The notes: generated by a model from the sequence alone, not told the origin. A stretch of DNA of 64,000 nucleotides from Candidatus Aminicenantes bacterium (GCA_963702005.1 OY969696.1:2016001-2080000); one strand, 5' to 3'. Positions 20,795-34,108 are shown, counted from the stretch's first letter. Translations and numbers: made by a program.

Positions 20795-20828
20795 TCAACG
20801 CTCCCCTGGCCTTCCTGAACCGGATTCC

Positions 20829-20857
20829 TTGACAAATTCCGCGTCAAAATTTATTCT
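20829..20857 (+). promoter_or_regulatory. Putative sigma70 promoter
   Basis: TTGACA-N17-TATTCT. Confidence 0.55.
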
Positions 20858-20873
20858 GATTCAGTACCGTTCA

Positions 20874-21821
20874 ATGGGGAAATCGATACAAAAGGCTCTC
20901 TGCTCACAAGCGATAGCCGCAGCGTCGCTTGTGAGCTTCCTTTGGTTCGGTTTCGCCTTTACCGGTCCTCCAAGCGCTCGGAAGGCCCGCGGAGCGGCCG
21001 CTAAATTCCAAACAACGCAAAATCCCAAGGGCGTTGATCTCGACGTTCTTCTCGGGAAAACGGCCGACTATTGCCGGAAGCTCGAGATGTCCATTTTGTA
21101 TTTCGTCTGCCTCGAGGAGATCCAGGAGACGATCGACCCGACCCTTGACGTTTTGAAGGCGAACTATTTTTTTGGCGCAAATGATTGGCGCTGGGCCCTG
21201 GGCGATTGGGTTACAGCCTCCCGACAGCCGAAAAAGATCAAGAACTCCTATTTATACGACTATCAATGCGTCCGCTCAGGCCAGGCTATCCGCGAGACGC
21301 GGACCCTTCTCAAAGAGAACGGGAAAAAGATGAACGTCCCGAACGCGGCCCTCAAGACATCCATCGTCGTCTACGGCACGGTTTTGATGGGGCCGGTGGG
21401 GCTGCTGGGGGAACGTTTCCAGCCCCATTATGATTTCTCCGTCATCGGCCAGGACAAGATCGGGAAGCGTCCGGTCGTCGTCGTTGACGCCAAGCCCAAG
21501 CCGGACGCGCCGGAAACCACGAACCTATACGGAAAGGCCTGGATCGACCCGGCCACGGCCGATATCCTCAAAATCGAATGGAGCGAGAGCCGGGTCGGCC
21601 GCCGCGAAATATTCGATCAACGGGGAGAACGCTACAAGCGGAAGCCTCGCCTGACGATTCTCTCCGAATTCCGCACCGAGAAGAACGGCATCCGTTTTCC
21701 CACGAGCCTATTCATCGAGGAAGCCTATCTCAACGAAAAAGGCAAGGCCTTTGTCCGGTCCAAGACGGAGGTCGTCTACAAGGATTTCAGGTTCTTCACG
21801 GTCGAAGTGGAATATCGATAG
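20874..21821 (+). CDS. Hypothetical secreted beta-rich protein
   Basis: Long ORF with signal-like N-terminus, GKAWID motif and C-terminal YKDFRFFTVEV. The track start at 20829 coincides with the -35 box, so ATG 20874 is preferred. Confidence 0.7.
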   Translation: MGKSIQKALCSQAIAAASLVSFLWFGFAFTGPPSARKARGAAAKFQTTQNPKGVDLDVLLGKTADYCRKLEMSILYFVCLEEIQETIDPTLDVLKANYFFGANDWRWALGDWVTASRQPKKIKNSYLYDYQCVRSGQAIRETRTLLKENGKKMNVPNAALKTSIVVYGTVLMGPVGLLGERFQPHYDFSVIGQDKIGKRPVVVVDAKPKPDAPETTNLYGKAWIDPATADILKIEWSESRVGRREIFDQRGERYKRKPRLTILSEFRTEKNGIRFPTSLFIEEAYLNEKGKAFVRSKTEVVYKDFRFFTVEVEYR

Positions 21822-21845
21822 AAGCAGCCGGGATCAAGAGGGGAG

Positions 21846-21919
21846 TGGCTGGGAAGCAAGGATTCGAACCTTGATCGCATGATCCAGAGTCATGAGTCCT
21901 ACCATTGGACGACTTCCCA
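21846..21919 (-). tRNA. tRNA-Gln(CUG)
   Basis: Reverse complement TGGGAAG...CATGA-CT-CTG-GA-TCATG...GGTTCGAATCC...CTTCCCAGCCA; cloverleaf with encoded CCA. Confidence 0.95.
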
Positions 21920-21967
21920 GCACGGGCCGTTATCATACAAAAAAAGCCGCCGCTTTTCAAGCCAGCC

Positions 21968-22018
21968 GGGGTCAAACCTACACTTTGTCACAAAGTGTAA
22001 AAGTGTAGGTTTGACCCC
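21968..22018. repeat. Family C REP-like palindrome
   Basis: GGGGTCAAACCTACACTTT...AAAGTGTAGGTTTGACCCC; second copy at 57901-57975. Confidence 0.85.
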
Positions 22019-22079
22019 CAATCTTTTCCTCATGTCCCCACAATTCCGGGCACATGTCTTCAAGTCGCGGCCGGCCTGT

Positions 22080-22108
22080 TTGACACTCGGAGGGCGGGGT
22101 GATAATAT
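22080..22108 (+). promoter_or_regulatory. Putative sigma70 promoter
   Basis: TTGACA-N17-TAATAT. Confidence 0.55.
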
Positions 22109-22127
22109 GGCTGACTCGTAAATCCCG

Positions 22128-23159
22128 ATGGCCAAAAAGCACTGGGTCCGGTTCGGCATCATCTTCTTCCTGACCGTCGTCTTCCTGTTCTTCTTCTTCC
22201 GGAGCGTCAAGTGGGGGGAGGTCCTGCGCTACATCACGGACATCAACGTCCCGTTCTTCGTCTTGTCGATCGTCCTCGTCCCCGTTCACCTCTTCACCCG
22301 GGGCTACCGCTGGAAGTACCTCCTCATCCACGAGAAGCCGAACGTCCGCGTCTACAACCTGTTCGCCGCTAACGCCGTCGGCTTCACCGTCAACCTCATC
22401 TTTCCGGGCCGGCTGGGTGAGCTCGTCAAGCCGCTCTACCTGGCCAAGAAGGAGAACCTTCGCAAGGGATTCTGCCTGGGAACGGTGGTCGTCGAGCGGA
22501 CTTTCGACATCTTCACCATGTGCGCCCTGCTCGGCGCCTTCATGCTGGCCCGCCCCCTGTTCGTCAAGATCCTAGCCGTGGACAGGGAGGCGGCCTCCCA
22601 CCTGACCCTGTGGGGCGTCATCGGGGTCGCCTTCGCCACAGTCCTCCTCCTCCTGACCCTGTCCCTCTATTTTTTCAAGGATCGGACCCTCCGCGTCATC
22701 ACGGCAGTCCTCCGGCCCCTGCCCGAGCACTGGTCGAGCAAGGTCCTCGAGCTCATTGGGGAATTCATCGAAGGCCTGAGTTTCTTCCGTTCCCCGGGCA
22801 GTATGCTCATGTACGGCCTGATGTCCTTCGCCGTCTGGCTGGGCATCATCTTCTACTACTGGATCTTCTTCCTGGCCTATAAGCAGCACGTTCCCTATTT
22901 CTTCCTGATCCCCTACTGCTTCCTGGTCATGGTCGGGGCCTCGATCCCGACCCCGGGCATGGCGGGAGGATACGACTGGTTCAGCAAGCTCGGGATGATC
23001 TCCATCCTTCGGATCAACCCCAACTTGGCCGTGGCCATGACCTCCGTCGTCCACGTGATCCAGCTCGTGGTGACATGCCTGGTCGGCTATGCTATATTAT
23101 GGAGCGAAGGTTTATCCCTCTTTCAGCTCAAGCGACTGGGAGAGAGTGAATCCCCATGA
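22128..23159 (+). CDS. Lysylphosphatidylglycerol-synthase TM-domain (UPF0104 flippase-like) protein
   Basis: Multi-TM; [30 protein letters not shown]. Confidence 0.88.
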   Translation: MAKKHWVRFGIIFFLTVVFLFFFFRSVKWGEVLRYITDINVPFFVLSIVLVPVHLFTRGYRWKYLLIHEKPNVRVYNLFAANAVGFTVNLIFPGRLGELVKPLYLAKKENLRKGFCLGTVVVERTFDIFTMCALLGAFMLARPLFVKILAVDREAASHLTLWGVIGVAFATVLLLLTLSLYFFKDRTLRVITAVLRPLPEHWSSKVLELIGEFIEGLSFFRSPGSMLMYGLMSFAVWLGIIFYYWIFFLAYKQHVPYFFLIPYCFLVMVGASIPTPGMAGGYDWFSKLGMISILRINPNLAVAMTSVVHVIQLVVTCLVGYAILWSEGLSLFQLKRLGESESP

Positions 23160-23611
23160 GGTGCCCATTCTGCGGTTTCCTGGAGAGCAAGGTCATCGAT
23201 TCCCGGGAAAGCAAAAAGGGTTTGTCCGTCCGGCGGCGCCGGGAGTGCCTCTCCTGTCAGCGCCGGTTCACGACCTACGAAAAGATCGAAGAGCTTCCTT
23301 ATATGGTCGTCAAGAAGGACGGCAGCCGTCAGCCCTTCGACAGCCAGAAGCTCCTCAAGGGGATGATGAAAGCCTGCGAAAAGCGGCCCATCCCGATCTC
23401 CCGCCTGGAGGAAATCGTGGAGGAGCTGGAGACCAAGCTCCAGGAGCGGCCCGAGAAAGAGATGACGGCCTCCGACATCGGCCAGTACGTCATGGAGCGG
23501 CTCAAGTCCCTGGACAAGGTCGCCTACGTCCGGTTCGCCTCGGTCTACCGGGAGTTCAAGGACGTCATGGAGTTCAAGCAGGAACTGGAGCATCTCCTGA
23601 AGGAACGCTGA
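23156..23611 (+). CDS. nrdR: Transcriptional repressor NrdR
   Basis: [29 protein letters not shown] cone, [10 protein letters not shown]. Confidence 0.97.
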   Translation: MRCPFCGFLESKVIDSRESKKGLSVRRRRECLSCQRRFTTYEKIEELPYMVVKKDGSRQPFDSQKLLKGMMKACEKRPIPISRLEEIVEELETKLQERPEKEMTASDIGQYVMERLKSLDKVAYVRFASVYREFKDVMEFKQELEHLLKER

Positions 23612-23630
23612 CCGCCGCCGGAGAGGGCCC

Positions 23631-24071
23631 ATGGTCAGGAGAATCAAGCCGGTCTCCCGAGCCCTCAGGGCAGAGACCCGCGTCCGCCGCCGAGGGGCGG
23701 AGTCCCAAGCCGGCGAGGGGGAAGTCCTGCGGCTGTTCGAGGCCTGGGGCCCCAACCTGGACATCAGCGGGACGGAGGATGAGGTTGTCGTCAAGACCGA
23801 ACTCCCCGGGGTCCCCGGGCGGGACGTCGAGGTCATCCTGCGCGGGAACCGCCTCGAGATCCGGGGCGTCAAGCGGGAAACGGCCCTGCCGGCCGGCGCC
23901 CGCTTCCTCCGCCTGGAGCGGGCCTACGGACGTTTCCGGCGGGTCGTCGTCCTTCCGGCGGCCGTCGTCCCCGAGCGGGCCAGGGCCTGTCTCGAAAACG
24001 GAGTCCTGACCGTCCGCCTGCGGAGGCGGAAGGCCGGAGAATCCGGCCGCGGGCCGCGCCGGCCGGGCTGA
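23631..24071 (+). CDS. Hsp20/alpha-crystallin small heat-shock protein
   Basis: ELPGV, ERAYGRFRR, ACLENGVLTVRL. Confidence 0.85.
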   Translation: MVRRIKPVSRALRAETRVRRRGAESQAGEGEVLRLFEAWGPNLDISGTEDEVVVKTELPGVPGRDVEVILRGNRLEIRGVKRETALPAGARFLRLERAYGRFRRVVVLPAAVVPERARACLENGVLTVRLRRRKAGESGRGPRRPG

Positions 24072-24091
24072 GAACAAACGCCAAGAGGTTT

Positions 24092-26511
<2,420 letters not shown>

Positions 26512-26515
<4 letters not shown>

Positions 26516-27354
26516 GGCAGGGTTCCCTCGAAGACGATTTCGGCCGGGCCGGTCTGGAGGACCTGGTCTTCGGTCCATTCCACGATGAGCTGACCCAGGA
26601 TCGTCCGGACCGCGATCTTCCGGTCCGTTAAGCCCCTGAGCATCGAGGCGACGGCGGCCGCGCAGGCCCCGGTCCCCGAGGCCATGGTTTCCCCGACGCC
26701 GCGCTCCCAGAACAGGACCTCGATCTCGCTCCGGTTCAGGACATGGATGAATTCGATGTTGGTCCGTTTGGGGAAGAAGGGATGGGACTCGATTTCGCTC
26801 CCGATCTGGTGCCATTCGATCCGGTTCGGGTAGCGGTCGACGAACAGGGCGCAGTGGGGGTTCCCCATCGAGAGCACCGTGACCGGATAGGCTTTTTGGC
26901 CGATCGTTAAGGGGTAGTCGACGATCCGTTCGTGGACGGCGCCGTCGTCGAAAGGAATATCGGACGACGCGAAACGGGGCCGGCCCATCTCGGTCCGGAC
27001 TTCATAGTATGTTCCCTCGGACCTGATGAGCTCGCAAGTCCGATCCCCGGCCGTAGTCAGGAACCGGATCCGGGGCGGCGCGATCGTCCCGGCCCGGAAT
27101 AAGGAGGCTGCCGCGCAGCGCAGCCCGTTTCCCGAGATCTCGGCTTCGGTCCCGTTGGCGTTGAAGATCCGGAACCGGACTCGTCCGGCCGCCGCGTCCT
27201 CGACATCGATCAGGAGGAGGCCGTCGGCCCCGACGCCCGTATGGCGGTCGCAGACCTTCTGCACGAAGTCCCCGATCGATCCCTCGGCGGGCCGATTCCG
27301 CTGATCGAAGACGACGAAGTCGTTGCCGAGGCCGTGGAGCTTGCTGAATTTCAT
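26512..27354 (-). CDS. dapF: Diaminopimelate epimerase-like protein (both catalytic Cys replaced by Ser)
   Basis: KLHGLGNDF, GVGADG, SGNGLRC, MGNPH, WERGVGETMASGTG. Confidence 0.85.
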
Positions 27355-28853
27355 CCGGGGATTCGCAGGGTGACGATGCTTTCTTGGACGTCCCCATCCT
27401 GTTCGCGGTGGATGAGGAGCATCAGGGGGTCGCCGGGCCGGGCCTGCTTGAGGGCGGCTTCGAGATCCTGGATCCGGCTCGCCTTGCGGCGGTTGATCTC
27501 GAGGATGACGTCTCCGGCCGCAAGCCCCTTGCGCTCGGCCTCGCTGTAGGGGCGGACTTCGCTGATGAGAAGGCCTTCCTGGACGCGAAGCCCGCCGCGC
27601 CGGGCCAGGTTCGGGGTCAGGGCGTTCACCGAGATCCCGATGTCCTTGCCCGATTCGACCGCGGACGGGTTCTTTTCCTCAGGCTCGAGCTCGGTTATGA
27701 CGGCGGTCGTCGTCCGCTCCTTCTCGTCGCGGATGTACTTGATCTCGACCTTGGAACCGGGTTCCATGTCGGCGATCTTGAAGCGAAGGTCGTTGGAGTT
27801 TTCGACCGGCTGGCCGTTGACGGCCACGATGACGTCGTAGCGCTTAAGGCCCGCCTTGTCGGCCGGCCCGTCCGTTTCGACCGTGTTGATCAGGACGCCC
27901 TTGCTGGACTTCAGGTTGAGGCTCTTGCGGGAGTCGTCGCTAACGGCGGTGATCCTCACGCCCAGGTACCCCCGGACGACCCGGCCCTTGTCCTTGAGCT
28001 GGGAGACGACCCTCTTGGCCAGGTTGGAGGGGATGGCGAACCCGATCCCGATGTTCCCGCCGGTCGGGGACAGGATGTTGCTGTTGATGCCGACGACCTC
28101 GCCCTTGAGGTTGACGAGGGGGCCGCCGCTGTTCCCCCGGTTGATGGCGGCGTCGGTTTGGATGTAGTCCTGATAGTCGGGGACGTTCAGGCCCGATCCT
28201 CCGAGCTGTCGGCCCTTGGCGCTGACGATGCCGGCCGTCACGGTGTGCTCCATGCCGAGCGGGTTGCCGATGGCCACGACCCATTCCCCGACCTTGAGCT
28301 GGGAGGAGTCGCCGAGCTCGGCGGCGGGGAAATCCTTGCCCTCGATCTTGATCAGGGCCAGGTCCGACTTGGGGTCGGTCCCGACGATCTTAGCCGTGTA
28401 ATCTTCGCCCTGGACCGATGTCGCCGTGACCTTGGTCGCGTTCTCGACGATATGGTTATTGGTGATGATGTATCCGTCGGGCGAGATGAAGAAGCCCGTC
28501 CCCTGAGCGTAGCTCTTATATTCCCGATTGCGGTTCTGGGGCGTCCCGAAGAAGCGGTCCCAGAAGTCGTCGAAGGGCGATTCATCGAAGAACCCCGTCT
28601 CGGGGGCCTTCTCCATTTTCTCGGAGACGATTTTGAGGACGGCCGGGCCGACCTTTTCCGAAATCCTGACGAAGTCCAGGTCGGGCTTGACCTGGGGGGC
28701 CGAGGCGTAGAGGTTGCCGGACAGGGCCGACGGCTTATCCGGAACGCCGGCGCCGGCCGGGGCGTTCTTGCCGGGGTGATAGAGAAAGAGATAGCCGGCG
28801 ACGATGATCCCCAGCAGGAAGCTGCCCAGGGAGAACCAGACGATCTTTTTCAT
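27351..28853 (-). CDS. degP: Do/DegP-family serine protease with two PDZ domains
   Basis: GTGFFIS, TNNH, DLALIK, QTDAAINRGNSGGPL; start MKKIVWF with SD GGAGG. Confidence 0.93.
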   Translation of the reverse strand: MKKIVWFSLGSFLLGIIVAGYLFLYHPGKNAPAGAGVPDKPSALSGNLYASAPQVKPDLDFVRISEKVGPAVLKIVSEKMEKAPETGFFDESPFDDFWDRFFGTPQNRNREYKSYAQGTGFFISPDGYIITNNHIVENATKVTATSVQGEDYTAKIVGTDPKSDLALIKIEGKDFPAAELGDSSQLKVGEWVVAIGNPLGMEHTVTAGIVSAKGRQLGGSGLNVPDYQDYIQTDAAINRGNSGGPLVNLKGEVVGINSNILSPTGGNIGIGFAIPSNLAKRVVSQLKDKGRVVRGYLGVRITAVSDDSRKSLNLKSSKGVLINTVETDGPADKAGLKRYDVIVAVNGQPVENSNDLRFKIADMEPGSKVEIKYIRDEKERTTTAVITELEPEEKNPSAVESGKDIGISVNALTPNLARRGGLRVQEGLLISEVRPYSEAERKGLAAGDVILEINRRKASRIQDLEAALKQARPGDPLMLLIHREQDGDVQESIVTLRIPG

Positions 28854-28978
28854 AACAAAGCCTCCAAATGAAGATTCACACGATAGCACAGTCCGTAACT
28901 TATTTCAAACGATCGGAGAACCCGAAAAAGTTGCATTCGAGCTCCCGGGAAGGGTATGATCGAGCCGCCCGGCAAACC

Positions 28979-29587
28979 ATGACAATAGGGAAGCGGCGCG
29001 GGATTTTGATCGTCCTCGAGGGGATCGACGGGACGGGGAAGTCCACCCAGGCCGCCCTCCTGGCCGAAAAGCTCAGGGGACTGGGGGTGAAGACATCCGT
29101 CTTCCGGGAGCCGACCGACGGCGTCTGGGGCCGCAAAATCAGGGAGAAGGCCAAAAAAGCCGGTTCCTTGACGGCCGAGGAGGAGCTGGACCTTTTTCTC
29201 CGAGACCGGAGGGACAACGTCGAGAAAAACATCAAGCCGGCCCTGGAGCGGGGAGAGACCGTCATCCTGGACCGCTATTACTTTTCGACCATCGCCTACC
29301 AGAGCGCCAAGGGGCTGGATGCCGGGCGCATCCGGCGCCTCAACGAGGAGTTCGCCCCGCCGCCCGACCTGGTTTTCATCCTCGACCTCGACCCGGAGAG
29401 CGGGCTGGGACGGATCCGGGAGCGGGGGGCGCGGGACGAGCTTTTCGAGCGGGAGGATTATCTCCGGAAGGTCCGGGCCGTCTTCAGGAGTTTCCGGGGG
29501 CGCCGCTTCATCCGCATCGACGCCTCGAGACCGATCGAGGCCGTCCACGAGAAGATCGCAAAGCTCGTTCTGGATAGATTGGGCTGA
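28979..29587 (+). CDS. tmk: Thymidylate kinase
   Basis: EGIDGTGKST, REP, LDRY, AYQ. Confidence 0.95.
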   Translation: MTIGKRRGILIVLEGIDGTGKSTQAALLAEKLRGLGVKTSVFREPTDGVWGRKIREKAKKAGSLTAEEELDLFLRDRRDNVEKNIKPALERGETVILDRYYFSTIAYQSAKGLDAGRIRRLNEEFAPPPDLVFILDLDPESGLGRIRERGARDELFEREDYLRKVRAVFRSFRGRRFIRIDASRPIEAVHEKIAKLVLDRLG

Positions 29588-29605
29588 TTCTGCTATCCTA
29601 ACTCC

Positions 29606-32020
29606 ATGGCCGGCGAGAATGGAGCCGACGGGAAGAAGCTCGTCCTTGTCATAAAGATCCGCAAGCTCAACAAGCGCAAGCTGTTCAAGATCGCGTTCCT
29701 GGCCGCGTTTTTACTGGCCGCCTGCGGCCTGGGCGCGCTGGTCGGGCTCTACATGGGCGCCCGCCGCGATCTGCCCGACGTCGAAGAGCTCGAGCGATTC
29801 CAACCCAAGATCATCACCAGCATCTTGGCCGACGACGGCACGGTCGTCAAGGAGTTCGCCGAGGAGCGCCGGGTCGTCATCCCCTACGAGAAGATCCCCG
29901 ACCTCCTCAAGAAGGCCATCATCGCCACCGAGGACCCGCGCTTCGAGCGGCACAAGGGCATCGATTACCGGGGCATCCTGCGGGCCGTCAAGGAGAACCT
30001 CAAGCTCAGCCGGCGGGGCCGGCTGGAGGGCGGCAGCACCATCACCCAGCAGCTGGCCCGGGAATATTTCCTCTATCCCCAGCAGGTCCTGTCCCGCAAG
30101 CTCAAGGAATGGCTCCTGGCCCTGCGCATCGAGAAACGATACACCAAGCAAAAAATCCTGGAGATGTACTGCAATAAGTTCTTTCTCGGCCACGGCGCCT
30201 GCGGAGTCGAGGCGGCCGCCAATCTCTTCTTCGGGAAGAGCGTCGGAGAGCTGAACCTCGAGGAGTGCGCCATGATCGCGGGCATCTTTCGGGGCCCTTC
30301 GATCTACTCGCCCTACACGAACTACGACTCGACTTTACGCCGCCGCAACCACGTCCTGACCCGGATGGCCGAGGAGGGTTATATCAGCAAAGCCCAAGCC
30401 GAAGCGGCCAAGAGCCGTCCCATGACGGTCCTCCCCCTGCGCCGGGACGAGTCGGATTTCGGCGCCTACTTCTTCGAGGAGGTCCGCAAATATCTCGAGA
30501 AGAACTACGGAAGCAACGCCCTCTATCGGGCCGGGCTCAAGGTCTACACGACGTTCAACCCGCGCTACCAGGAGCTCGCCGAGAAGGCCCTCAACAAGGG
30601 CTTGCGCGACATGGACAAGAAAAAGGGCTGGCGGAACGATAAAAAGAATCTTCTCGCCGAGGGAAAGGCCGACCTCGAAAAGATCTGGCTCCCCGGCTGG
30701 CGCGTCCCGGCCCTTCAACCCGGTGAGCTCACCGAAGCCGTCGTCCTGGCCGCATCCCGCAAAGAGGCGACGCTCAGGATCAAAGACTACCTGGGCAGGA
30801 TGAAAAACACCGACATCCAATGGACCAGGGCGGGCGCCCTCGACACCCTCATCAAACGGGGGGATGTCGTCCTGGTCTCGGTCAAGAGCGTCGACGAAGA
30901 CAAAAAGGAGGCCGAGGTGTCTCTCGACCAGGAACCGCAGGTCGAGGGGGGGTTCCTGGCCGTTGATCCGCTGACCGGCCAGATCAAGGCCATGGTCGGC
31001 GGCTATTCCTTCAAGCGGAGCCAGTTCAACCGGGCCACGCAAGCCCTCCGCCAGACCGGATCGGCCATCAAGCCCGTCCTCTACACGGCCGCCCTGGAGA
31101 ACGGGTTCACGCCGGCGAGCATCATCCAGGACTGGCCGGTCAATTTTGAGGATAAATGGACGGGCGAGCCCTGGACGCCTCCCAACTACGACGGCAAGTA
31201 TAAGGGCGCCGTCACCCTGCGCCGGGGTCTCGAGGAATCGCGGAACGTCGTAACGGCCAGGCTCCTCGAGTATATCTCCCCCCAAGTCGGCGTTCAGTAC
31301 TGCAGGAAGTTCGGGATCACCTCGAACGTCTATCCCTATATGTCCCTGGCTTTGGGCGCCTTCGAAGTCACCTTGGCCGAGCTCGTTTCGGCTTTCACGA
31401 CCTTCCCCAACAAAGGGGTCCGGATCAAGCCGTACTTTATAACCCGGGTCGAGGACAAGGACGGGAACGTCCTCGAGGAAGCCCGGGTCGAATCCGAGGA
31501 AGTCGTTTCGCCCCAGACGGCCTACATGATGACGAGCCTCCTCCAGGGCGTTGTCCAGCGCGGGACGGCCGCCGCGGCCAGCTTCCTGGAGAAGCCCTTA
31601 GGCGGCAAGACGGGGACGACGAACAAATTCACCGACGCCTGGTTTATCGGGTTCTCGCCCTCGCTCTGCGCCGGCGTCTGGGTCGGCTACGACACGCAGA
31701 TCACGCTGGGCAACCGCCAATCGGGCGCGGTGGCCGCTCTTCCGATCTGGATCGACTTTTTCAAGAACCTGATCGACGACGAAAAAAAGAAGGCCAAGGA
31801 GGCGGGCGTCGAGGTCCCGCTCGAGGAATTCGAGGTCCCGCCCAACTTGACCTTCGTCGAGATCGATCGCAAGACCGGTCTCCTGGCGACGCCCTTTTGC
31901 CTATTCCCGCTCAAAGAAGTCTTCGTTCCGGGGACCGAACCGATCCGCTTCTGCTCCCACCTGGACCACATGATGTCCCTGGACTACTACTCCGTGGAAA
32001 AGGCCGAAGAGGAACACTGA
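29606..32020 (+). CDS. mrcA: Class A penicillin-binding protein 1A
   Basis: EDPRF, GGSTITQQL, RKLKE; transpeptidase SAIK, SRN, KTGT. Confidence 0.93.
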   Translation: MAGENGADGKKLVLVIKIRKLNKRKLFKIAFLAAFLLAACGLGALVGLYMGARRDLPDVEELERFQPKIITSILADDGTVVKEFAEERRVVIPYEKIPDLLKKAIIATEDPRFERHKGIDYRGILRAVKENLKLSRRGRLEGGSTITQQLAREYFLYPQQVLSRKLKEWLLALRIEKRYTKQKILEMYCNKFFLGHGACGVEAAANLFFGKSVGELNLEECAMIAGIFRGPSIYSPYTNYDSTLRRRNHVLTRMAEEGYISKAQAEAAKSRPMTVLPLRRDESDFGAYFFEEVRKYLEKNYGSNALYRAGLKVYTTFNPRYQELAEKALNKGLRDMDKKKGWRNDKKNLLAEGKADLEKIWLPGWRVPALQPGELTEAVVLAASRKEATLRIKDYLGRMKNTDIQWTRAGALDTLIKRGDVVLVSVKSVDEDKKEAEVSLDQEPQVEGGFLAVDPLTGQIKAMVGGYSFKRSQFNRATQALRQTGSAIKPVLYTAALENGFTPASIIQDWPVNFEDKWTGEPWTPPNYDGKYKGAVTLRRGLEESRNVVTARLLEYISPQVGVQYCRKFGITSNVYPYMSLALGAFEVTLAELVSAFTTFPNKGVRIKPYFITRVEDKDGNVLEEARVESEEVVSPQTAYMMTSLLQGVVQRGTAAAASFLEKPLGGKTGTTNKFTDAWFIGFSPSLCAGVWVGYDTQITLGNRQSGAVAALPIWIDFFKNLIDDEKKKAKEAGVEVPLEEFEVPPNLTFVEIDRKTGLLATPFCLFPLKEVFVPGTEPIRFCSHLDHMMSLDYYSVEKAEEEH

Positions 32021-32057
32021 CGAGCGGCGCCGTCCGCCGCGCCGGATTTATTCTTCC

Positions 32058-33719
32058 TTATTTCTTGCGGACCCCCCCCGAAGGGTGCGAACCCGAAGAC
32101 CCGTGCGAGGAAGACGACCCCCGCGAGGAGGAGGGCGATGACCTCGTCCCCGACGACCGCGAACTCGACGACCGGGGCGAGGAGTAGCTCCTGGTGGAGC
32201 CGCGGGATGACGGCCCTTCGCCCGTGATCGATCTATAGATCCGGCTCAGGAAGGAGCCGGAATCGCCGCTCGATTCGCGGTCGAAATAGCGGCGGAGCGT
32301 GATATCGGGCGAGGAGTCGAATCTGCGGATCCTTCGTTCCCCGGGCTGCAGCGATGGAGCGTCGAGGCCGATTCCCCTGAGATCACGTCCGGGGAATTCG
32401 CTCGGCTCGCGGAGAAGGCCGCCCTCCCGGAACTCGCGCGGGACGAGGCGCTCGGCGCTTTCGTCCTTGCGAAGGAGGAACCGGTTTCCGTCCAGGGGGT
32501 CCGCCCTCAGAGAGCCGGGGCCGGGCCGGACAGTCGGCGCCTGGGCGCCCAAGCGGATATCGCCGACGTCGCGAAGGGCGTCATGAGACAGGGCGACTTT
32601 CGAGACGTCCTTGGCTTTGAGCTGGTCCTTGCGGACGACGGTCATCACCCGCGAGTCGTGAGGATAATGGTGATCGTTCCAGTGATCGTAGAAGACGTTG
32701 CCCATCATAACGCAAGGATAGCCCCAGTAGGACAGCGGCGCCCAGCCGAAATAATAATCATCCCACCACCAATCGACCCACGCCGGACCCCAATAGGCCA
32801 TCGGGATCCAATACCAGCCGAGGCCCATATTCCAACCCCAGCGGCCGTAATGATGGGTGGCCCAACCCCAAGGCTCATAGGGCACCCAGGTCCAGCCGCA
32901 GAGGGGGAGCCAGGTCCAGCTTCCGTTGTGATAGGGATACCAGCCGGCGTCGAGGCCCCTCGGCGCCCAGACCCAGCCGTAGGGCTCGACCTGGTTCCAG
33001 TCGCCGTAAGAGTCCAGCTCGCCCTCGAAATCCTCGAGCTCGTTGGGAAGGCGACGCTCGGCGATGACGGTCTTCAGCTTCGCCTCCCGGGCCTCGTTCC
33101 AATCGTCGAACGCGTCCGCGGCCGTGGCCATGAAAGAGGCCGGCTTGGACGCGATCCGTCCCTGCGAGGCGGCGAGCTTCTGCTCGCCCTTGACCAGGAC
33201 CGAGCCTTCCTCCCCGGAAGCCTCGACGACGCCCCGGAAGACGAGGATTTCGCTCTCGGCGTTCTCCTTGACGTCGAGACGGTAGAGGCCGTTATCGAGG
33301 ATGTAGAAAGTGGCGTCGGCCGTTTGAAGCTCGACGGCCCTTTCCTTGCGCAGGTCCCGGACGTTGATGTAGATGCTCCCCGTCCAGAGCCGAAGCTTGG
33401 TGCGGTCCGTGCCCTTCTTGGGAAACTCGACGAAATCGATCTTGGTATTCTTGTCGAGCCTGAGGTAGCTCCGGTCGCCCAAATAAACTTCGGCGCGCCC
33501 GTCGGTCGTGCCCAGGCGGTCGCCCTCGCCGATCGGCGTATTGACGACGCCTTCCTCATAGGCGAGGTCGGAGGCCCTCTGGATGTAGCTCGTTCCTTCG
33601 GTATGGTTGAGCCTGGCGACCGAAGCGTTCGTGTAATTCGTGTCCTCGGCCCGGGCCGGGACAGCCAACGCGGCTAAAAGGACGAGAAGGAATCCCGCGC
33701 CTATCATCGCTTTTTTCAT
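32058..33719 (-). CDS. Secreted FecR-like + DUF6600 (Trp/Pro-rich) protein
   Basis: GDRLGTTDGRAEV; YGWVWAP, WYPY, EPWGWATHHYGRW, WGPAWV; Ser/Arg-rich tail. Confidence 0.8.
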   Translation of the reverse strand: MKKAMIGAGFLLVLLAALAVPARAEDTNYTNASVARLNHTEGTSYIQRASDLAYEEGVVNTPIGEGDRLGTTDGRAEVYLGDRSYLRLDKNTKIDFVEFPKKGTDRTKLRLWTGSIYINVRDLRKERAVELQTADATFYILDNGLYRLDVKENAESEILVFRGVVEASGEEGSVLVKGEQKLAASQGRIASKPASFMATAADAFDDWNEAREAKLKTVIAERRLPNELEDFEGELDSYGDWNQVEPYGWVWAPRGLDAGWYPYHNGSWTWLPLCGWTWVPYEPWGWATHHYGRWGWNMGLGWYWIPMAYWGPAWVDWWWDDYYFGWAPLSYWGYPCVMMGNVFYDHWNDHHYPHDSRVMTVVRKDQLKAKDVSKVALSHDALRDVGDIRLGAQAPTVRPGPGSLRADPLDGNRFLLRKDESAERLVPREFREGGLLREPSEFPGRDLRGIGLDAPSLQPGERRIRRFDSSPDITLRRYFDRESSGDSGSFLSRIYRSITGEGPSSRGSTRSYSSPRSSSSRSSGTRSSPSSSRGSSSSHGSSGSHPSGGVRKK

Positions 33720-33891
33720 GGCCGTTTACTCCTTTTGGGGAAGAAATTAGCTTTTTCCCGGGTGACTCCCACCTTCAATTTAGCAAGAATTATGCCATTT
33801 ATCCAGCCTGATCTGGGCCGGCGGCCGGGGAAAACCTGTCCGCTTTTGATGACACCTGGAACCGGCAGGGGCCTTACAAACCCAACCTTGC

Positions 33892-33980
33892 AGCACTCAG
33901 ACTAAGCCGAAAACGGCTTAGTCTGGGTACTGCGAAACGCCTGCACTCATACTAAGCCGTTTCCGGCTTAGTATGGGTGT
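33892..33980. repeat. Tandem GCACTCA-type hairpins abutting family B copy 2
   Basis: GCACTCAGACTAAGCCG-AAAA-CGGCTTAGTCTGGGTAC and GCACTCATACTAAGCCG-TTTC-CGGCTTAGTATGGGTGT. Confidence 0.75.
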
Positions 33981-33987
33981 CGAGGGG

Positions 33988-34108
33988 TTGACCCGTTCGC
34001 CGAGGCTCAGGGTTACCCCTATACAAGCCCCGGCGCTTCGTCTGTACTCATGGAGGCGTGCTAACGGCCATGAGTGCCGTCTGATGGCCGGGGTGTCGAG
34101 GGGTTGAC
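33988..34108. repeat. Family B element, copy 2
   Basis: Same ends as copy 1; first inner hairpin absent; second hairpin loop carries a nested ACTCATGG...CCATGAGT stem. Confidence 0.85.

Noticed and set aside
28894-28908. 15-nt match CGTAACTTATTTCAA shared with the family A variant hairpin at about 46713
   Set aside because: A single short match without the palindromic arms; chance or a relic, not enough to call a repeat.
32061-32220. Ser/Arg/Gly low-complexity tail as a DNA repeat
   Set aside because: Protein-level low complexity typical of DUF6600-like proteins, with no exact DNA periodicity.
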